A DNA stretch of 52,728 bases from an uncultured Erysipelotrichaceae bacterium (GCA_902783265.1 CACZQJ010000074.1:1-52728); one strand, 5' to 3'; shown: positions 20,278 through 29,410, numbered from the stretch's first letter. Program-made: numbers and translations. Notes: generated from the sequence alone by a model not told the origin.

Positions 20278-22798
20278 TTATTTCCTTTAATTTGTATAAG
20301 ATGTTTAAAGCTTCTATAGGAGTTATTTCCAGAGGATTTATTTTTTCTAGTTCTTCTTCCACTTTAGATTTTTGCGGCATTAATTCATCTAGTGGTAGCG
20401 TTTCTTGAATTTTGATGTCTCTTTTCTTTTCGTTATTTTCATATACTTTTAATATTTCGTCTGATCTTTTTATTAGGGAATCTGGAAGCCCTGCTAGTTT
20501 GGCTACGTGAATACCATAACTTTTGTCGACACTGCCTTCTTTTATCTTATGTAAGAAGACTAATTTGCCGTCTTCTTCATAGGCACTTACATGGATATTT
20601 TTTAGATTTTTTAAATTATTTTCTAAGTCTGTAAGTTCATGGTAATGTGTTGAAAAGAATGTTTTTCCTTTAATATTTTCGTGAATATATTCAATTATCG
20701 ATTGGGCTAGTGCCATACCGTCAAAGGTTGCTGTACCTCTTCCTAGTTCATCAAATAAAATTAAGCTTTTATTTGTGGCATTTGTGATGGCGTTATTTGC
20801 TTCCATCATTTCAACCATGAATGTTGACTCACCGCTTACTAAATCATCTGAAGCGCCAATTCTTGTATATATAGCGTCAAATATTGGAATTCTCGCTTCT
20901 TTTGCTGGAACAAAACACCCTATTTGGGCCATAATAGCTGTTATAGCCATTTGTCTCATATATGTCGATTTCCCTGCCATGTTAGGGCCAGTTATTAATA
21001 GTATATTTGTATTTTTATCCATGATAATATCGTTTGAAACAAATTCATTTTTAATAACTTTTTCAACTACTGGATGTCTTGAGTCTTTTATATATAATTC
21101 GTTTTCGGTTAATTCTGGTCTTATGTAGTTGTTTTCTTCACTTACGGTGGCGAATGAACATAATACGTCTATTTCGCTTATTACTTTGGCTGTTTTTTGA
21201 AGATCTTTAATATATTTTTTAGCGGTATTTCTTATTTCATTAAATAAATTGTATTCAAGTTCAATTATTTTTTCCTCGGCATTTAAAATTTGGGCCTCTT
21301 TTTCTTTTAATACAGGGCTTATAAATCTTTCGGCGTTTACTAAAGTTTGTTTTCTTTCATATCCCCATTCTTCTTTTACAGATGAGAGATTTCCTTTGCT
21401 AATTTCAATATAATATCCGAAAACACGGTTATAAGCTACTTTTAAGTTTTTGATGCCTGTTTTTTCTCTTTCTTCTTTTTCAAATCTGGCAATGAAATCT
21501 TTGCCACCTTTTCTTAAATTTTTTAATTCATCAAGTTCGTTATTAAAGCCTTCTTTGATTAAGTACCCTTCTTTTATGCTGATTGGTGGCTCTTCATAGA
21601 TGCTTTTTTCAAGAAGGTCATATAATTCTTCTAGGGTTTCGACATTTTTGTAAAAGTTTAGTTTATTTAAAATTTCTTTTATTTGTGGAAGAACTTTTAA
21701 TGAGGCTTTTAATTGAAGCATATCTCTTCCGTTAGCGTTTCCAAAGGCAATTTTTCCGCTTAGCCTTTCTAGGTCATAAACTTCTAGCAATAGTTTTTCT
21801 AGATCACTTTTTAAAATAAATTCTTTTAACAGAACTTCAATAATATTATATCGGTTTTCAATTTCTTTTTTATCTAATAAAGGGTTTAAAATATATTTTT
21901 TAAGTAGTCTTGCTCCACCTGCGGTTTTAGTTTTATCTAAAAGCCATATTAGTGAATAATTTCTTTGCTTTTGTCTTAATGTTTCTATTAATTCTAGATT
22001 TCTTTTGGTGTGAATGTCCATCTTTAAACTATCTTCATAATTTTTTATTTGGAGTTTTTGCAAATGAGACAAATCACTTTTTTGGTTATGAATAATGTAT
22101 GCAAGCAGGTGTTTTACAGATTCTATATATCTATAATCTTCGATGCCTTCATATATGTGAGAGTATGTATCTGTTTTATCATCGGTAATAGTAATTGGCA
22201 TATTAAATTCTTTTTTTAATATGGAATAGATTGTTTTGTCAACTTTTGAACTCATGATTACTTCTTTTATACCTAAGTTGATTATTTCATTAACGACTTT
22301 TACTGGTGAGTGCTCTAGTAATAAAGCATTTATTTCACCTGTCGACATATCTCCATAACTTATGGCATAAGCGTGCTTAAAATCGGTTATGCTGGCAATA
22401 TAGTTAAAGTCGCTAGCGTCTAGGGCTTCACTATCCATGACTGTTCCTGAACTTACTATTTGAATTATTCCTCTTTTAACAATACCTTTGACATCTTTAG
22501 GGTCTTCTAGTTGCTCAACTATACCTATTTTATATCCTTTTTCGATAAGTTTATCAATATATGAACTGGCAGCGTGATATGGAATTCCACACATTGGAAC
22601 TCTTTCTTCTAAGCCACATGACTTGCCGGTTAAGGTTAATTCTAATTCTCTTGATATGTTTTCGGCGTCATCAAAAAACATTTCATAAAAATCTCCTAGT
22701 CTAAAAAAGATTACTAAATCTTCGTTATCATTTTTTATTTCTAAATATTGTTTCATCATTGGGGTTATTTTATTTAAGTCAACGTTTTTTCTATCCAT
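20273..22798 (-). CDS. mutS: DNA mismatch repair protein MutS
   Basis: N-terminal PMMKQYLEIK...FFRLGDFYEMF mismatch-binding motif and Walker A TGPNMAGKSTYMRQ. The ORF extends to 22813, but the ATG at 22798 (MDRKNV...) fits the RBS and the predicted promoter better. Confidence 0.97.
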   Translation of the reverse strand: MDRKNVDLNKITPMMKQYLEIKNDNEDLVIFFRLGDFYEMFFDDAENISRELELTLTGKSCGLEERVPMCGIPYHAASSYIDKLIEKGYKIGIVEQLEDPKDVKGIVKRGIIQIVSSGTVMDSEALDASDFNYIASITDFKHAYAISYGDMSTGEINALLLEHSPVKVVNEIINLGIKEVIMSSKVDKTIYSILKKEFNMPITITDDKTDTYSHIYEGIEDYRYIESVKHLLAYIIHNQKSDLSHLQKLQIKNYEDSLKMDIHTKRNLELIETLRQKQRNYSLIWLLDKTKTAGGARLLKKYILNPLLDKKEIENRYNIIEVLLKEFILKSDLEKLLLEVYDLERLSGKIAFGNANGRDMLQLKASLKVLPQIKEILNKLNFYKNVETLEELYDLLEKSIYEEPPISIKEGYLIKEGFNNELDELKNLRKGGKDFIARFEKEEREKTGIKNLKVAYNRVFGYYIEISKGNLSSVKEEWGYERKQTLVNAERFISPVLKEKEAQILNAEEKIIELEYNLFNEIRNTAKKYIKDLQKTAKVISEIDVLCSFATVSEENNYIRPELTENELYIKDSRHPVVEKVIKNEFVSNDIIMDKNTNILLITGPNMAGKSTYMRQMAITAIMAQIGCFVPAKEARIPIFDAIYTRIGASDDLVSGESTFMVEMMEANNAITNATNKSLILFDELGRGTATFDGMALAQSIIEYIHENIKGKTFFSTHYHELTDLENNLKNLKNIHVSAYEEDGKLVFLHKIKEGSVDKSYGIHVAKLAGLPDSLIKRSDEILKVYENNEKKRDIKIQETLPLDELMPQKSKVEEELEKINPLEITPIEALNILYKLKEIK

Positions 22799-22824
22799 GT
22801 TTTTCACTTCCATATTTCTTTGTT

Positions 22825-22854
22825 ATTATATCATGTTTTTTCTTTTATTTTCAA
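22825..22854 (-). promoter_or_regulatory. Putative mutS promoter (extended -10)
   Basis: Minus strand TTGAAA (22849-22854) - 18 nt - TGaTATAAT (-10 at 22825-22830). Confidence 0.45.
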
Positions 22855-22865
22855 ATATTTACAAC

Positions 22866-22892
22866 TTAAAAAGTAGAAATAAATTCTACTTT
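22866..22892 (-). terminator. Terminator-like hairpin after the ylbL-like gene
   Basis: 9-bp hairpin aaagtagaa (22870-22878) / ttctacttt (22884-22892) enclosing the stop codon; only a short T-run follows. Confidence 0.4.
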
Positions 22893-23890
22893 GTTAAATA
22901 TCTTAGAGCTTCTTCAAATGTTTCAACTGGAACGATATCAATAATGTATCCTCTTTCTTTTTTTATTCTTTTGGCTTCTTTATAATTACTTTGAGGAACT
23001 AAGAAAATGTCAGCTTTTTCTTTTACAGCTCCTATTAGCTTATATTTTACTCCGCTTATTTCGCCAACATTGCCATCTATATCGATAGTTCCTGTCCCGG
23101 CTATCTTTTTTCCGTTTGTTAAATCAATTTTATTTATACTGCTGTAAATGGCCAGGGTTATCATAAGACCTCCTGATGGGCCTGATTCTTCTTCTTTGAA
23201 GTCAAACTTGATTTTTCTTTTGGATTTAATTTCAAAGTCCTCGGTTATTAACGCACCTACTTTGGGTTCACCGTTTACGTCTATTAAAGTTGCTGTTTTT
23301 GTTATTTCTTTCTTTTTGTTTAAAATGGTTATTTCTATTTTGTCACCAATATTTTTTGATGAAATGTATGCTAATAAGTAATTTTTATTTGGGATACTAT
23401 TACCATCTATTTTAATTATTTGGTCTTTTACTTTTAAATTTGTTTTGGCAAGGTCATCAATATATGTTACATATATTTTGTCGTTTTTGATTTCGTAGTC
23501 TATATTTGAATTTTTATAGGCAACTAATTCGGCAATTTTGTTTGACTCATTAAGAAGCATGTGATTGCGATATTCCATATCTTTTATGCTTTCACTGCCG
23601 GCAACAGTATCTTTTTCTTTTACTCTATCCCAATCTTTAGCGAGGTATGAGAAAATAAAAGTTGGAATTGTTGCGTGCATTTCAGATACATAGGCCATGT
23701 TTAATGAGCCTTTTAATTTAAAATTATCATTTGTTGTAACTTTGTCCATTGTATTTATTAAGCCGCCTGGTGATGAAATATAGTATGGTAAATGAGTAGT
23801 CAAAATGCAGAATATTGCTGCATAAATTATTAATGTTTTGTAATACTCTTTAATAAATCTTTTTATACTTTCATATGTTTTATTAATCAT
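22886..23890 (-). CDS. ylbL: PDZ plus Lon-C-domain serine protease (YlbL/SepM family)
   Basis: 334 aa with an N-terminal TM, a PDZ-like segment (LKVKDQIIKIDGNSI) and a Lon protease C-domain with SGPSGGLMITLAIYS and a GTGTIDIDGNVGEISGVKYKLIGA region. Confidence 0.85.
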   Translation of the reverse strand: MINKTYESIKRFIKEYYKTLIIYAAIFCILTTHLPYYISSPGGLINTMDKVTTNDNFKLKGSLNMAYVSEMHATIPTFIFSYLAKDWDRVKEKDTVAGSESIKDMEYRNHMLLNESNKIAELVAYKNSNIDYEIKNDKIYVTYIDDLAKTNLKVKDQIIKIDGNSIPNKNYLLAYISSKNIGDKIEITILNKKKEITKTATLIDVNGEPKVGALITEDFEIKSKRKIKFDFKEEESGPSGGLMITLAIYSSINKIDLTNGKKIAGTGTIDIDGNVGEISGVKYKLIGAVKEKADIFLVPQSNYKEAKRIKKERGYIIDIVPVETFEEALRYLTK

Positions 23891-23935
23891 GTATTGGTCC
23901 TTTCTATTTTAATTTATTATTATATAGGTGAATTT

Positions 23936-24907
23936 ATGAAAAAGTTAAAAAGCGTTTTTATTATGTTGTTTTTACTTTTTATAGGTTTTGAAATATTAAC
24001 TGACTCAAAAAGCATTTTAAATTCTGTTAGTTTTTCACTTTTGATTTTTAAAGAAAATGTTTTTCCTTCTTTATTTCCTTTTTTGGTTTTATCAAGTCTT
24101 TTGATTAACTATGGTTTTGTTGAATTTATGGGCACTTTATTTAAAAACTTTATGAATAAGCTTTTTAAAATAAACGGCGAATGCGCATTTATCTTTTTCA
24201 TGAGTATTATATCAGGAAATCCAGCTAATGCCAAATATACTAGAGAGTTATATATTAGCGGTAAGATAAATAAATATGAGGCAACTAAAATATTATGTTT
24301 TAGTGCGTTCACTTCTCCTTTGTTTATTCTTGGATCGGTATCATTGTTTTTAAATAGTAAAAAGGCGGCAGTTTTAATATTAATTTGTCATTATTTGGGT
24401 AATATTATTATTGGCATTTTAATGCGTGGCTATCATCCAAGTAAGATAAGTAAAGAAAAAGTAAGTCTCGGAAAGGCAATTGATAGGATGCATAATAAAA
24501 GAATTAGTAACAAAGAAAGTTTTGGAATAATTATTACTAATTCTTTAATGAATAGTATTAATACTTTATTGTTAATTCTTGGAGTCATTACTGTTTGCTT
24601 AGTATTTACTACTATAATTGATAATAATATTAATTTAAATAGTGTTTTTCAAAGCATATTAAATGGTTTTGTCGAAATGACGCAAGGCATTAGATATATT
24701 GGTAAAGAGATAATACCACTAAAACTCAAAAGCGTTCTTACAGTAATGATTCTGTCATTTGGTGGTTTTAGTGTTCACCTTCAGATAATGAGCATCCTTT
24801 CTGATACTGATATTAAATATTTCCCATTTTTTCTTTCAAGAGTTATCTGTAGTATAATTTCTTCTATTTTATTATATTTTTCTTTTGATTTAATACTTAT
24901 GAGTTAA
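23936..24907 (+). CDS. ylbJ: Sporulation integral membrane protein YlbJ-like (nucleoside-recognition/Gate domain)
   Basis: Polytopic membrane ORF. GGTGA lies 5 nt before the ATG at 23936 (MKKLKSVFIM...). It is divergent from ylbL, in the same gene neighbourhood as B. subtilis ylbJ and ylbL. Confidence 0.75.
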   Translation: MKKLKSVFIMLFLLFIGFEILTDSKSILNSVSFSLLIFKENVFPSLFPFLVLSSLLINYGFVEFMGTLFKNFMNKLFKINGECAFIFFMSIISGNPANAKYTRELYISGKINKYEATKILCFSAFTSPLFILGSVSLFLNSKKAAVLILICHYLGNIIIGILMRGYHPSKISKEKVSLGKAIDRMHNKRISNKESFGIIITNSLMNSINTLLLILGVITVCLVFTTIIDNNINLNSVFQSILNGFVEMTQGIRYIGKEIIPLKLKSVLTVMILSFGGFSVHLQIMSILSDTDIKYFPFFLSRVICSIISSILLYFSFDLILMS

Positions 24908-25361
24908 TCTCAATATGGTAATAGTAAACTGCTTTGTATTCGTAATCTTCAGATAAACTTTTATGACTTAGAGACATTTTTATTTTTATACAATAATTTT
25001 CACCATCACTAGTTATATTTTCTATACTGGCGTTTTTAATTTTTACGTCTTCTGGCATTTTATATTTTTGATCTTTAATTGTTATACTATTATCACTTGT
25101 GTTTATTGTTATTAGGTTGGGATTCCCATTTCTAAGATAATGACAGGACGTATCTTCACATTCGTAACTACTACCCTCATTTATACTACTTTTTATATTT
25201 TTTGAAATAACACCTAGTTTTTCTTGAATTTTAGTTTTAATAGATGTTTCTATAAAAATATCTTTAACATCTATTAATACTTCAAAAAGGAAAAGACTAA
25301 TAATCATAGTAAGCGCGAAAGATGTTATTAATTCAACAACAGTAAATCCTTTGTTTTTCAT
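24897..25361 (-). CDS. Type IV pilin/pseudopilin (class III signal peptide)
   Basis: 154 aa, MKNKG/FTVVELITSFALTMIISLFLFEVL, with Gly-1, Phe+1, Glu+5 and a hydrophobic alpha1 helix. It starts 13 nt after the LRR pilin gene. Confidence 0.75.
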   Translation of the reverse strand: MKNKGFTVVELITSFALTMIISLFLFEVLIDVKDIFIETSIKTKIQEKLGVISKNIKSSINEGSSYECEDTSCHYLRNGNPNLITINTSDNSITIKDQKYKMPEDVKIKNASIENITSDGENYCIKIKMSLSHKSLSEDYEYKAVYYYHIEINS

Positions 25362-25376
25362 TTTCTTTTCCCCTTT

Positions 25377-26975
25377 CTATTCAGAAGTTTTAGCAGTGAA
25401 GTATCCTGGAGTTCCGGATGCATCAATTCTTGCATATTCTTTGTTTATGTGATTAGAATCATATGTTGTACCATTGCCACCTACTAAATTAGTGCAGCCT
25501 TCAAACATATGTGCATCTTTAGCGTTTTCTCCGCCTTCGCTGCTTACTTTATTAACAGCGAAATTATCTGATGCAATTATTGTTTTAAGCTTGGTACACC
25601 CATTAAACATACTATTGGTTCCGGTCACTTCTTGGGTATTAAAATTACTTAAATCTAGACTAATGAGTTCCTTGCAGATATTAAACATTGCATTCATGTT
25701 TGTTACTTTGCTTGTGTCAAAGCTTTTTAAATTAATACTCTTAAGGTTAATACAGTCTTGAAACATAACACCCATGTTTGTTACTTTGCTTGTGTCAAAA
25801 TTACTTAAATCTAGACTGGTAAGCATACTACACCTATTAAACATATATTGCATATCTTCTACTTTACTTGTATCAAAATTTTCGCCGAAACTCAAACTTC
25901 CTAAGTTCTCACATCCGCTAAACATGTAGCTCATGTTTGTCACATTACTAGTATTAAACTGGCTTAAATCTATTGATGAGAGAGCTGAACATCCTTCAAA
26001 TAAATGTTGCATATCTGTTACATTACTCATGTCAAAACTGCTTAAATCTATTGTCGCTAAGTTCATGCATCCCTCAAACATATGTCCCATATTGGTTATG
26101 CTTTTTATTTCCCCGTTCATTTCATAGCTCGTAATGTAATGTGTAAAATCTATTGATTTTAATTGCCTAAAATTGGTGAAAATATAGCTGGAGTCTTCGT
26201 TGGCATACACTCCTCCGTCTCCGCCAATATGAAGAACATATTTAGAGCTATCTGCTGGATATGGGGTTACCCAGGCCATTACGGCTCCACTATTAGCGAC
26301 TGCTGATACATCCCATGATTTTGCTCCATTTGGAACGTCGGTATTATCTTCAAACACTATTTGTGCAATGCTTGCTCTTAATATTCCTGTATTTTTTATT
26401 AATGTTGTTTCCGAGTTAAATGATTTTATTAATGGCGTTAATCTTGGTTTAGCGGTATTTATTGCAACAGTGGCAAAATGGCCATTTTTAAATTTAGCAA
26501 TTAAACGTCCTTTATTTTCTACTAAAGTTGTATCAACTTTTTTAATGAAATTTTTCATATCATTATCTAATGTTATATTATTTATTGAATTTTTTATTTC
26601 AGAAATATCGGAATTAGTATATATGGCGTAGTCTAATTCTAAGGCTTTTCCAATTTCGGTGCAGGTATCTTTGCTAAAACCTGGTTTTAATTTAATATCA
26701 TCTGTTTGGCATTCATTATTATTATAAACATAGAAAAATTTGTTACTTTCAAGTTGATTATTTAAAGTATTATTTGTATCCTCATATGTTTTGAGATAGT
26801 CAGCAAGAGAACCTAAACTATATATATCTTCAACACTATTATAAATATAAGTTGTTTTATAATTACTCATTAAATTTCTAAACTGGACAAATAAAAACAT
26901 TAGTACAGTTAAAACGAATGTTGAAACTATTAATGATTCGGCAAGTAGAAACCCCTTATTATTCATTTTTGACAT
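25377..26975 (-). CDS. Modular type IV pilin with C-terminal 26-residue LRR (BspA/DUF285-like) array
   Basis: 532 aa, MSKMNNKG/FLLAESLIVSTFVLTVLMFLFV (Gly-1, Phe+1, Glu+5). Residues about 265-498 hold about 9 repeats of type VTNM..MF.GC..L.S.DLS.FDTSK, ending in the tail GGNGTTYDSNHINKEYARIDASGTPGYFT. RBS is GGTGA 6 nt before the ATG. Confidence 0.8.
   Translation of the reverse strand: MSKMNNKGFLLAESLIVSTFVLTVLMFLFVQFRNLMSNYKTTYIYNSVEDIYSLGSLADYLKTYEDTNNTLNNQLESNKFFYVYNNNECQTDDIKLKPGFSKDTCTEIGKALELDYAIYTNSDISEIKNSINNITLDNDMKNFIKKVDTTLVENKGRLIAKFKNGHFATVAINTAKPRLTPLIKSFNSETTLIKNTGILRASIAQIVFEDNTDVPNGAKSWDVSAVANSGAVMAWVTPYPADSSKYVLHIGGDGGVYANEDSSYIFTNFRQLKSIDFTHYITSYEMNGEIKSITNMGHMFEGCMNLATIDLSSFDMSNVTDMQHLFEGCSALSSIDLSQFNTSNVTNMSYMFSGCENLGSLSFGENFDTSKVEDMQYMFNRCSMLTSLDLSNFDTSKVTNMGVMFQDCINLKSINLKSFDTSKVTNMNAMFNICKELISLDLSNFNTQEVTGTNSMFNGCTKLKTIIASDNFAVNKVSSEGGENAKDAHMFEGCTNLVGGNGTTYDSNHINKEYARIDASGTPGYFTAKTSE
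25482..26183 (-). repeat. In-frame tandem repeats (about 78 nt / 26 aa) encoding the LRR array
   Basis: Successive units include ITNMGHMFEGCMNLATIDLSSFDMSN, VTDMQHLFEGCSALSSIDLSQFNTSN, VEDMQYMFNRCSMLTSLDLSNFDTSK, VTNMGVMFQDCINLKSINLKSFDTSK and VTNMNAMFNICKELISLDLSNFNTQE. Confidence 0.8.
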
Positions 26976-27006
26976 AATTTTTCACCTTTTTCAATTGTTT
27001 TTATCT

Positions 27007-27030
27007 TAAATATATTATATAATATATTTA
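27007..27030. promoter_or_regulatory. 24-bp perfect palindrome in the divergent pilin / pilB-like intergenic region (candidate operator overlapping both -10 boxes)
   Basis: taaatatattatataatatattta checked base by base as self-complementary. It contains TATAAT on both strands (27018-27023 plus strand; 27014-27019 minus strand). Confidence 0.4.
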
Positions 27031-27068
27031 GGATAAAATCTAGTCCTAACTTTTAAGGGGTTGATAAA

Positions 27069-28364
27069 ATGGTTAGAACATTTGATTTTCAAAGAGTTCC
27101 TATAGTTGATATATTAAATGAAATATTAGTTGATTCTGCTAAAAGAGGCGCTAGTGATATTCACTTTGATCCGCAAGCAGGAAGATTATTGATTAGAATT
27201 AGGGTTGATGGACTTTTATATGATTATGCAGAAGTACCTAATGAAATTAAGAATTATTTAATTACTCGTGTTAAAACAGTCGCAAGAATGAATATTACAG
27301 AATCTAGACTTCCTCAAGATGGCGCTATTAAAGCTACTTTGCAAGGTGTTGACTTAGATCTTCGTGTTTCTTCTTTGCCGGTAAGTAATGGGGAAAAGAT
27401 TGTTATTCGTATTTTAGATTATTCGATGAGTATGGCTGGTCTTAATGAACTTGGTTTTAGTGAAGAGAATTATAAAAAAATTCTTGAAATGATAAGTGTT
27501 CCTAACGGTATAATATTAGTCACTGGGGCTACTGGTAGTGGTAAATCAACTACGGTATATTCAATTCTTCAACATTTAAATACTCCTACTACCAATATTA
27601 TTACAGTTGAAGACCCTATTGAAATGGATATAGCTGGTATTAATCAGGTACAAACTAATAGTAAAATTGGACTTACTTTTGCGACGGCACTTAGATCAAT
27701 TTTAAGACAAGACCCTAACATAATTATGATTGGAGAAATACGTGATACTGAGACTGCTAGAATTGCCGTTAGGGCTTCTATTACTGGTCACTTGGTTTTA
27801 TCTACTTTACATACTAATACTTCTTTAAATACTATTGAGCGTTTAATTGATATGGATGTACAAAAATATTTACTTTCTTCGGCTTTGGAGGGTGTTGTTT
27901 CGCAAAAGCTTGCTAGAAGGCTTTGTGAACACTGCAGGACTAAAAGAAAAACTAGCAATTATGAAAGAGAAATATTTAAAACGGTTTTAGGATATGATGT
28001 TTTAGAAATTTACGATGCTGAAGGATGTCAATATTGTAACGATGGTTATAGAGGACGTATTCCAATTCATGAAGTTTTAAAAATTAATCAAAAAATTCGC
28101 GATGCTTTGAGTGATGATGTTCCTAAAGATAGATTAAGAGGTTTGGTTTACGGAGAATCTGATGTTATAACTATGCTTCAAGATGGGCTTCAAAAAGTTG
28201 TTAAGGGTTTTACTAGTTTTGAAGAAATATTAAAAATCATTGAACTTGAAGACGATGATCAGATTAGTGATAAAAGTGCTTTAAAAGAGGCTATTATAGA
28301 AACTAAGGCTGTTATGGAAGCTCGTGAAGGAAATAACTCACAACCTGGAAGTGTAATACAATAA
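27069..28364 (+). CDS. Type II/IV secretion ATPase (GspE/PilB/ComGA family), short form
   Basis: 431 aa with Walker A VTGATGSGKSTT, Asp box ITVEDPIE, Walker B IIMIGEIRD, His box LVLSTLHTN and the tetracysteine CEHC...CQYC. There is no long N1 domain. RBS is AAGGGG 8 nt before the ATG. Confidence 0.92.
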   Translation: MVRTFDFQRVPIVDILNEILVDSAKRGASDIHFDPQAGRLLIRIRVDGLLYDYAEVPNEIKNYLITRVKTVARMNITESRLPQDGAIKATLQGVDLDLRVSSLPVSNGEKIVIRILDYSMSMAGLNELGFSEENYKKILEMISVPNGIILVTGATGSGKSTTVYSILQHLNTPTTNIITVEDPIEMDIAGINQVQTNSKIGLTFATALRSILRQDPNIIMIGEIRDTETARIAVRASITGHLVLSTLHTNTSLNTIERLIDMDVQKYLLSSALEGVVSQKLARRLCEHCRTKRKTSNYEREIFKTVLGYDVLEIYDAEGCQYCNDGYRGRIPIHEVLKINQKIRDALSDDVPKDRLRGLVYGESDVITMLQDGLQKVVKGFTSFEEILKIIELEDDDQISDKSALKEAIIETKAVMEAREGNNSQPGSVIQ

Positions 28365-28397
28365 AAAACTAAGGTTTTAAAAAAAATCTTAGTTTTT
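28364..28397. terminator. Bidirectional terminator-like hairpin between convergent genes
   Basis: Stem aaaaactaag (28364-28373) / cttagttttt (28388-28397) with a large A/T loop, between the pilB-like stop and the 156-aa ORF stop. Confidence 0.35.
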
Positions 28398-28859
28398 ATA
28401 TTCCCTAATTGTTTTAGATGTGGCATCTTTAAAGGTCCCTTTAGCACTTGTATTTATTCTCGTTATTCCATTTGGAGCTAATTTTCCAATACTACCTTTT
28501 AGACTTGTTAGAACTTTTCCTTTTTTGTCATTTAAATCAATGTATACATTTTCATATCCGTTTTCGGTGTTTCCAACGTTTGTCACTGTCGCTGAAAATG
28601 TTGTTATTCCATTTTTGGTGATTAGTGAAATATCTGTAAATTTTAAGTTTTTAAATGTTTCATCTTTAACTATTGAGTCTTCTTTATGGCTATATTCAGT
28701 AATTTCTTTCTTTTTTTCTTTTAATTCGATGTCTTTTGATTTATACCATAGAGGAACTACCGCAAGTAGTAAGATAAACACCATTAGTATTATTTTTATT
28801 TTTGAATTATTTGTTATTTCGGTCATTGCCTTTTCCGTTTTTTGCTTTTTATTTTTCAT
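28389..28859 (-). CDS. Membrane-anchored hypothetical protein with beta-rich ectodomain
   Basis: 156 aa with an N-terminal TM (IKIILMVFILLLAVVPLWY) followed by a beta-sandwich-like segment (FSATVTNVGNTENGYENVYIDLNDKKGKVL). No family assigned. Confidence 0.55.
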   Translation of the reverse strand: MKNKKQKTEKAMTEITNNSKIKIILMVFILLLAVVPLWYKSKDIELKEKKKEITEYSHKEDSIVKDETFKNLKFTDISLITKNGITTFSATVTNVGNTENGYENVYIDLNDKKGKVLTSLKGSIGKLAPNGITRINTSAKGTFKDATSKTIREYKN

Positions 28860-28928
28860 ATAACCCCTACTTTCTAATAATATTATAAATTATTTTTTTA
28901 GTTCTTTCAAGGTATATGTATTTATTAT

Positions 28929-29366
28929 TTATAAAAATTGTTTTAGTTTTTCAATATATTCTTCACCGAATTTTCTAAAGCTTTTGGCTAAGTTTAAAAT
29001 ATCTTTATCAATATATTTTTCAAAATTTGATATTCGTTTATCTATCTCAAGATTACCCATAGTAAGCCCTTGAATTAACATGTCGGCCATACTTGAATCA
29101 CTATTGTCTTTTTTTACTTCCATTTTTATACTCATTTTACTCATGATATCGGCCATAAGACCAGCTGTTTTTGGCTCAGTTTTATATTTTTTTAGTAGTT
29201 TACTGCTTTCTTTTTCGAATTTTTCGTATTCCTTGTTAATATTTTCTAATGTTTTTTTTATTTTATTGTCTTTGTCTTTTAGGGCGGTTAGTAGATCCTC
29301 GCTACTGCTATGACCCATGCTGCTTGCTTTATACAAATATTCTAACATTTCTAAATTTTCATCCAT
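28929..29366 (-). CDS. Hypothetical helical protein (145 aa)
   Basis: Clean ORF, predicted all-helical and Lys/Glu-rich. AGGGGT RBS-like sequence upstream of the neighbouring gene. No motif recognised. Confidence 0.5.
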   Translation of the reverse strand: MDENLEMLEYLYKASSMGHSSSEDLLTALKDKDNKIKKTLENINKEYEKFEKESSKLLKKYKTEPKTAGLMADIMSKMSIKMEVKKDNSDSSMADMLIQGLTMGNLEIDKRISNFEKYIDKDILNLAKSFRKFGEEYIEKLKQFL

Positions 29367-29410
29367 AATATCATCCTTTCAAATATATTATGGCTTTTTT
29401 GAAATTTTGT

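Noticed and set aside
25482-26183. Tandem periodicity of about 78 nt considered as a non-coding repeat array or CRISPR.
   Set aside because: The periodicity is in frame and encodes the 26-residue LRR units of a single long ORF. The units are diverged at the DNA level, with no spacer/repeat structure.
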